From Eledone cirrhosa (Eukaryota): DNA of 64,000 nt. The position numbers and the translations under genes were made by a program. A model generated the notes under the pieces. It did no database searches. It was given only the letters and a program-made list of their open reading frames with translations, and had not been told where the DNA came from. Shown piece by piece: positions 60,415-64,000 of this stretch. Where the stretch lies: assembly GCA_964016885.1 (NCBI GenBank), contig OZ024740.1:16926001-16990000 (forward strand), written 5' to 3'. The first letter of the stretch is position 1. The number at the start of each line of letters is the position of its first letter.

Positions 60415-60431
60415 TGGTGACCACAGCCGTG
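60415..60431 (+). promoter_or_regulatory. Primer-binding site, tRNA-Trp-like (degenerate)
   Basis: TGGTGACCacagcCGTG versus the complement of the tRNA-Trp 3' end, TGGTGACCCCGACGTG. tRNA-Trp priming is typical of the CsRN1 clade. Confidence 0.65.
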
Positions 60432-60660
60432 GGAACTAATTGTTCCTTTAAAAAAAAATAAAATAAAATAAAAAGAAAATAGGAAGTGGTATTATAAAAA
60501 TTTAAAAAAATAAAAATTAATAGAAAACAACACGCTGTTTGCTTCTGATATGGCTTCACTTACGGATCACATAAGGAAGAGAGAACTGAACTTTTTGTTA
60601 AAAAACAATTATGTAAATTTTTTTTTTCATTCTTTTCCCAGCTAAAATTTTTGAAGATGT

Positions 60661-60719
60661 CAAGATGGCGGCTTTCTTCCCCATCAGTTTTTTTTGGCGC
60701 GAAACTCTGCGCCATGTTG
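60661..60719. promoter_or_regulatory. YY1-like / E2F-like / inverted YY1-like motif cluster in the retrotransposon leader
   Basis: CAAGATGGCGGC at 60,661-60,672, TTTGGCGCGAAA at 60,693-60,704 and CGCCATGTTG at 60,710-60,719. Motif matches only. Confidence 0.4.
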
Positions 60720-60921
60720 GTTTTTGTTTTAGTTTCGCTGTAAATGCATTGTTTATGCCATTGCTTGATTAGTCGCTCCCTTACACATTATTTCGGATGC
60801 ATTTGTTTTCCTGTCCGGTTGTTTGACAGAAAAAAACAAGTGGATTTATTTTCTTTTTCCTCGTGTTCGAGGTATTTGTTTTTACGGAGACGCATTTTGG
60901 CCGCTTACTGAGATTGCACCA

Positions 60922-61716
60922 ATGGCATCTCATTCTATTCTACCTACTTACACGGATGACGTGAAGTTATGGTTCGCTCAAATGGAAGCATTTTTCGAGG
61001 CTAACAAAATCGCCGAGGCACAGCAACGTCCCCTCGTCTTTAGCGCCTTTCCTCCGGCACTTCTCCCAATTATTAAGGATCTCGTATTGGAGACACCGAC
61101 TGACGCTACTTACAAGTCGTTAAAGGCTGAAATACTCAGCCGGACTGCACAGTCCGCCGAGAAACGTTTTAGAGCTCTGGTCCATTTGGAGCATATCGGG
61201 GATGGCACTCCATCGAACCTCTTACGTCGAATGAAAGACCTAACAGAGAGGTCGGTAGCAGAAACTGCGTTGTTGAAGCAGTTGTTTTTCTCATGGCTAC
61301 CGACCAACGTTCGAGCAATCTTGGCTCCCATTAGGGATACATGTTCTGTGGACCAGCTGGCCGCCTCTGCGGACAAAGTTTTTGAGGTCACGGGTGCTGG
61401 AGGCAGCGAGGCCCTTGCCGTTGTTTCTCACCCAGATCAGGCCACACCTGGCCATGCCACCTGCGCGGCAACTCATGCAGACAGCGCAGCTATAATAGCT
61501 ATGCAGAAAGCCATTCTGGAGCTACAGAAGCTGAAGGCCTCTAGTGGTTCTCGTTCGCGCTCGCGCAGCCGCGGTAGATCTTACTTTTTCAGACACCGCC
61601 CCAGGTCACCAGCTTCATATTTATGCTGGTACCATGAGCGTTTTGCTGAGAACGCGAACCACTGCGTGCAGCCGTGTTCGTTTGTGAAGTCGGGAAACGC
61701 CAGAGAGGTTCGCTGA
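60922..61716 (+). CDS. gag: Gag protein of a CsRN1-clade Gypsy element (first in-frame ATG at 60,922; frame open from 60,823)
   Basis: LWFAQMEAFF, IGDGTPSNLLRRM, LFFSWLPTNVRAILA and LAASADKV motifs, an RS-rich basic tract, and the C-X2-H-X9-C-X3-C knuckle CWYHERFAENANHCVQPC. No internal stop. Confidence 0.92.
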   Translation: MASHSILPTYTDDVKLWFAQMEAFFEANKIAEAQQRPLVFSAFPPALLPIIKDLVLETPTDATYKSLKAEILSRTAQSAEKRFRALVHLEHIGDGTPSNLLRRMKDLTERSVAETALLKQLFFSWLPTNVRAILAPIRDTCSVDQLAASADKVFEVTGAGGSEALAVVSHPDQATPGHATCAATHADSAAIIAMQKAILELQKLKASSGSRSRSRSRGRSYFFRHRPRSPASYLCWYHERFAENANHCVQPCSFVKSGNAREVR

Positions 61717-61736
61717 GGGCGGCAGTCGACCTCAGC
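61692..61736 (+). promoter_or_regulatory. -1 programmed ribosomal frameshift signal (G GGA AAC plus downstream stem-loop)
   Basis: X XXY YYZ heptamer at 61,692-61,698 phased in the gag frame (TCG GGA AAC). The protease frame is -1 relative to gag. The downstream sequence can pair as GAGGT.CGCTG/CAG.CGACCTC (6-nt spacer) or as GCTGAGG/CCTCAGC. Confidence 0.8.
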
Positions 61737-62042
61737 TTAAAGCTCCCAAACTGCCACTTCTTCATCAAGGACCTTATGTCTGGAAGAGGCTTCCTCGTGG
61801 ATACAGGAGCCTCCTGTAGTATTTGGCCGGTCCATTGCCTAAAGGATACCCCAGTGGAGTCATCCGTTACTCTGCAGGCCGTTAGCCACTCGCCTATAAA
61901 GACGTACGGACAAATCTCGCTACCCCTCAAATTCCAAAATCTTCGTAGGGATTTTAAATTAATTTTTACGGTCGCTGACTTGCCATACCCAATCTTAAGA
62001 GCGGATTTCCTCCACAATTTCTCCTTGACTGTGGACGTCTGA
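61692..62042 (+). pseudogene. pol: pol, aspartic protease domain, ended by a premature TGA
   Basis: FLVDTGASCSI catalytic motif and PILRADFLHNF (ILGxDFL-like). TGA at 62,040-62,042 is in frame with the downstream RT, probably from CGA. Confidence 0.9.
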
Positions 62043-63308
62043 GGCCAACGTCTGGTGGATGATATCACCGGTTTCTCAATTCGTGGCCGAAAAGCCAATA
62101 CTCCAACGATCACCCCAATATTCTTCATCGCTGCCGCTGGAGACGCCTACCATTCATTGTTAGGATCGTTCCCAGAGCTCACTGATGGAAATTTTCGAGT
62201 TACTGAGCCAACTCACTCAACCGAACATTTTATTTCCACAACCAGTGTTCCAGTATTTTCACGTCCACGTCGTTTACTGGCGGACAAGTTAAAGGCAGCA
62301 CGGTCCGAATTCGACCATATGCTGCAGCTGGGCATTACTCGCCCATCTACGAGTCCTTGGGCTTCACCGTTACATATGGTGCCCAAGACTTCTGGCGACT
62401 GGAGACCCTCTGAGGATTATAGGAGTTTAAACGCGATGACCGCTCCGGATAGATATCCGATTCCCCATCTCCAGGATTTCGCACCTTCGTTGCAGGGTTG
62501 TAAGATTTTCTCCAAACTCAATTTAGTGCCAGCCTACCACCAAATTCCGGTCAGGAAAGAAGACATTCCGAAAATAGCTATTACGACTCCGTTCGGATCC
62601 TTCCAGTTTTTTACCATGCCTTTCGGCCTCAGGAATGCCGCTAGCACTTTTCAGCAGTTCATAGACGAGGTCACTCGTGGTCTGGACTTCGTTTATGCAA
62701 ATATAGATGATCTTCTCGTCGCTAGTTCCTCTCCAGAAGAGCATATGCGTCACCTGAACCTTTTATTTCGCCGACTCCAGGATTACCGCGTTCGGGAGAA
62801 TCCTGCAAAGTGTGTTTTCGGATCCGCTTCACTGAATTTTTTAGGTCACATCATCGACGCCGAGGGTATTCGATCCCTTCCGCAGCGAGTTAAGGCTATA
62901 CAGAATTTACCTCCGCCTACTACATTTCACCAGTTGCGTCACTTCCTAGGCCTAATCAATTTTTATAGACGTTTCGTTGCTCAATGTGCAAAATTACTGT
63001 TTTCCCTTACCGAGATTTTGAAAAATCGTCGTAAAAAGAATGAGGATATTTCCTTGACAGAAGGACAACTCGAAGATTTCCAGACTGCCAAGACAGCACT
63101 TGCTAATTCATCTTTGCTAGCCCATCCAGTACCAGAGGCCAAGCTTTCGCTTTGTGTTGATGCATCTGATACCGCTGTGGGAGCAGTTTTCCAAAAGTAT
63201 AACGCTGGAAACCAACAACCTTTGGCATTTTTCTCCAGGAAGCTGAAACCAGCAGAAACTCGTTACAGCACGTTTGGTCGGGAGTTATTACCAATATATC
63301 TGCGTTGA
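62043..63308 (+). pseudogene. pol: pol, reverse transcriptase and N-terminal RNase H
   Basis: [48 protein letters not shown] (YIDD with Y>N), FLGHII and [14 protein letters not shown]. RNase H motifs DASDTAVGA and [20 protein letters not shown], then a frameshift and stop. Confidence 0.95.
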
Positions 63309-63321
63309 AACATTTTTCCAT

Positions 63322-64000
63322 GCTCTGGTATCAGGGTGGATTGCCCGCTATGGCGTGCCAACCACAATTACCACAGACCGTGGTAGGCAATTTGAATATC
63401 ATCTTTTCTCAGAGCTGACAAAAATTATTGGCGCTCAACGTATTCAGACCACATCTTATCATCCTGCTTCAAACAGAATGGTGGAACGTTTTCACCGCCA
63501 ATTAAAGGCCGCTCTTTGCGCCTATCCAGACACTCTACGTTGGAGCGAGTACCTTCCTATTGTGTTATTAGGAATTAGGTCATCTTTAAAGGAGGGCCTT
63601 GGGCTCTCCCCGGCCGATTTATTGTATGGTGTTCCTCTAGCATTGCCTGGGCAAATGCTTGCCCCTGTTGATCTTGCTTTTCAAGATCCTCTTTCATATG
63701 TATCTCGTTTGCGCTCCGATTTTCAGGACTTACCGCCTATGGATACTAGGAAACAAACTATTAAAACTGCAGTCCTGAGGGATATTGCCTCGTGGACACA
63801 TGTCTTTGTCAGAAACGACGCGGTTAGTCCACCTCTCACACAACCGTACTCTGGACCCTACCGTGTGTTAGCACGTACTGACAAACATTTCACAGTAGAC
63901 ATTAAGGGATCCAGAGAGACAATTTCGGTGGATAGACTAAAAAGAGCATACATTGACGCTCATACAACTGAGCCACAAATACCCCAATCTTTCTCTATTG
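63322..64000 (+). pseudogene. pol: pol, integrase core (second D and E) and GPY/F module; N-terminal part deleted; frame open to the window end, absent from the ORF track
   Basis: My translation of frame +1: ALVSGWIARYGVPTTITTDRGRQFE...TTSYHPASNRMVERFHRQLKAAL...LPIVLLGIRS...THVFVRNDAVSPPLTQPYSGPYRVL...ISVDRLKRAY. Confidence 0.93.

Larger units (their letters stand above)
60134..64000 (+). mobile_element. Ty3/Gypsy LTR retrotransposon, CsRN1/Kabuki/Boudicca-like clade, defective and truncated by the window end
   Basis: PBS-like TGGTGACC, gag with a CHCC motif, and pol order PR-RT-RNaseH-IN with a GPY module. The left boundary (5' LTR start) is uncertain because the 3' LTR is outside the window. 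Confidence 0.93.

Noticed and set aside
61110-63321. Antisense ORFs over gag/pol (93, 179, 76 and 72 aa)
   Set aside because: Shadow ORFs of the + strand retrotransposon coding sequence with no motifs.

Overview
Eukaryotic, repeat-only window with no supportable host gene. The SINE and RTE-LINE remnants resemble families I recall from octopus/cephalopod genomes (inference, not a search result). Bases 1-~56,700 are one tandem array of an 18-bp monomer (GTAACCACTACCACTACW, about 3,100 copies, continuing off the left edge). It has layered higher-order duplications of 0.1-13.6 kb and about 20 frameshifting indels that are copied along with those duplications. The giant minus-strand Val-rich and CSGSGY ORFs are by-products of the monomer. 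The only plausible coding reading, a + strand mucin-like (VTTTTT)n, is missing from the ORF track and is broken by the shared frameshifts. The right flank holds, in order: a decayed RTE-type LINE RT fragment, a tRNA-derived SINE, a 213-bp foldback element containing a hammerhead-like motif, (TA)n/(TG)n microsatellites, about 4.2 tandem copies of a ~531-bp unit, and a defective CsRN1-clade Ty3/Gypsy LTR retrotransposon. The retrotransposon has a tRNA-Trp-like PBS, an intact CHCC gag, a G GGA AAC -1 slippery site and a PR-RT-RH-IN pol carrying a stop and an internal deletion, and it runs off the right edge. I found no clearly new biological system. The best leads are the hammerhead-like motifs, the palindrome-centred polymorphism of the satellite and its duplication history.
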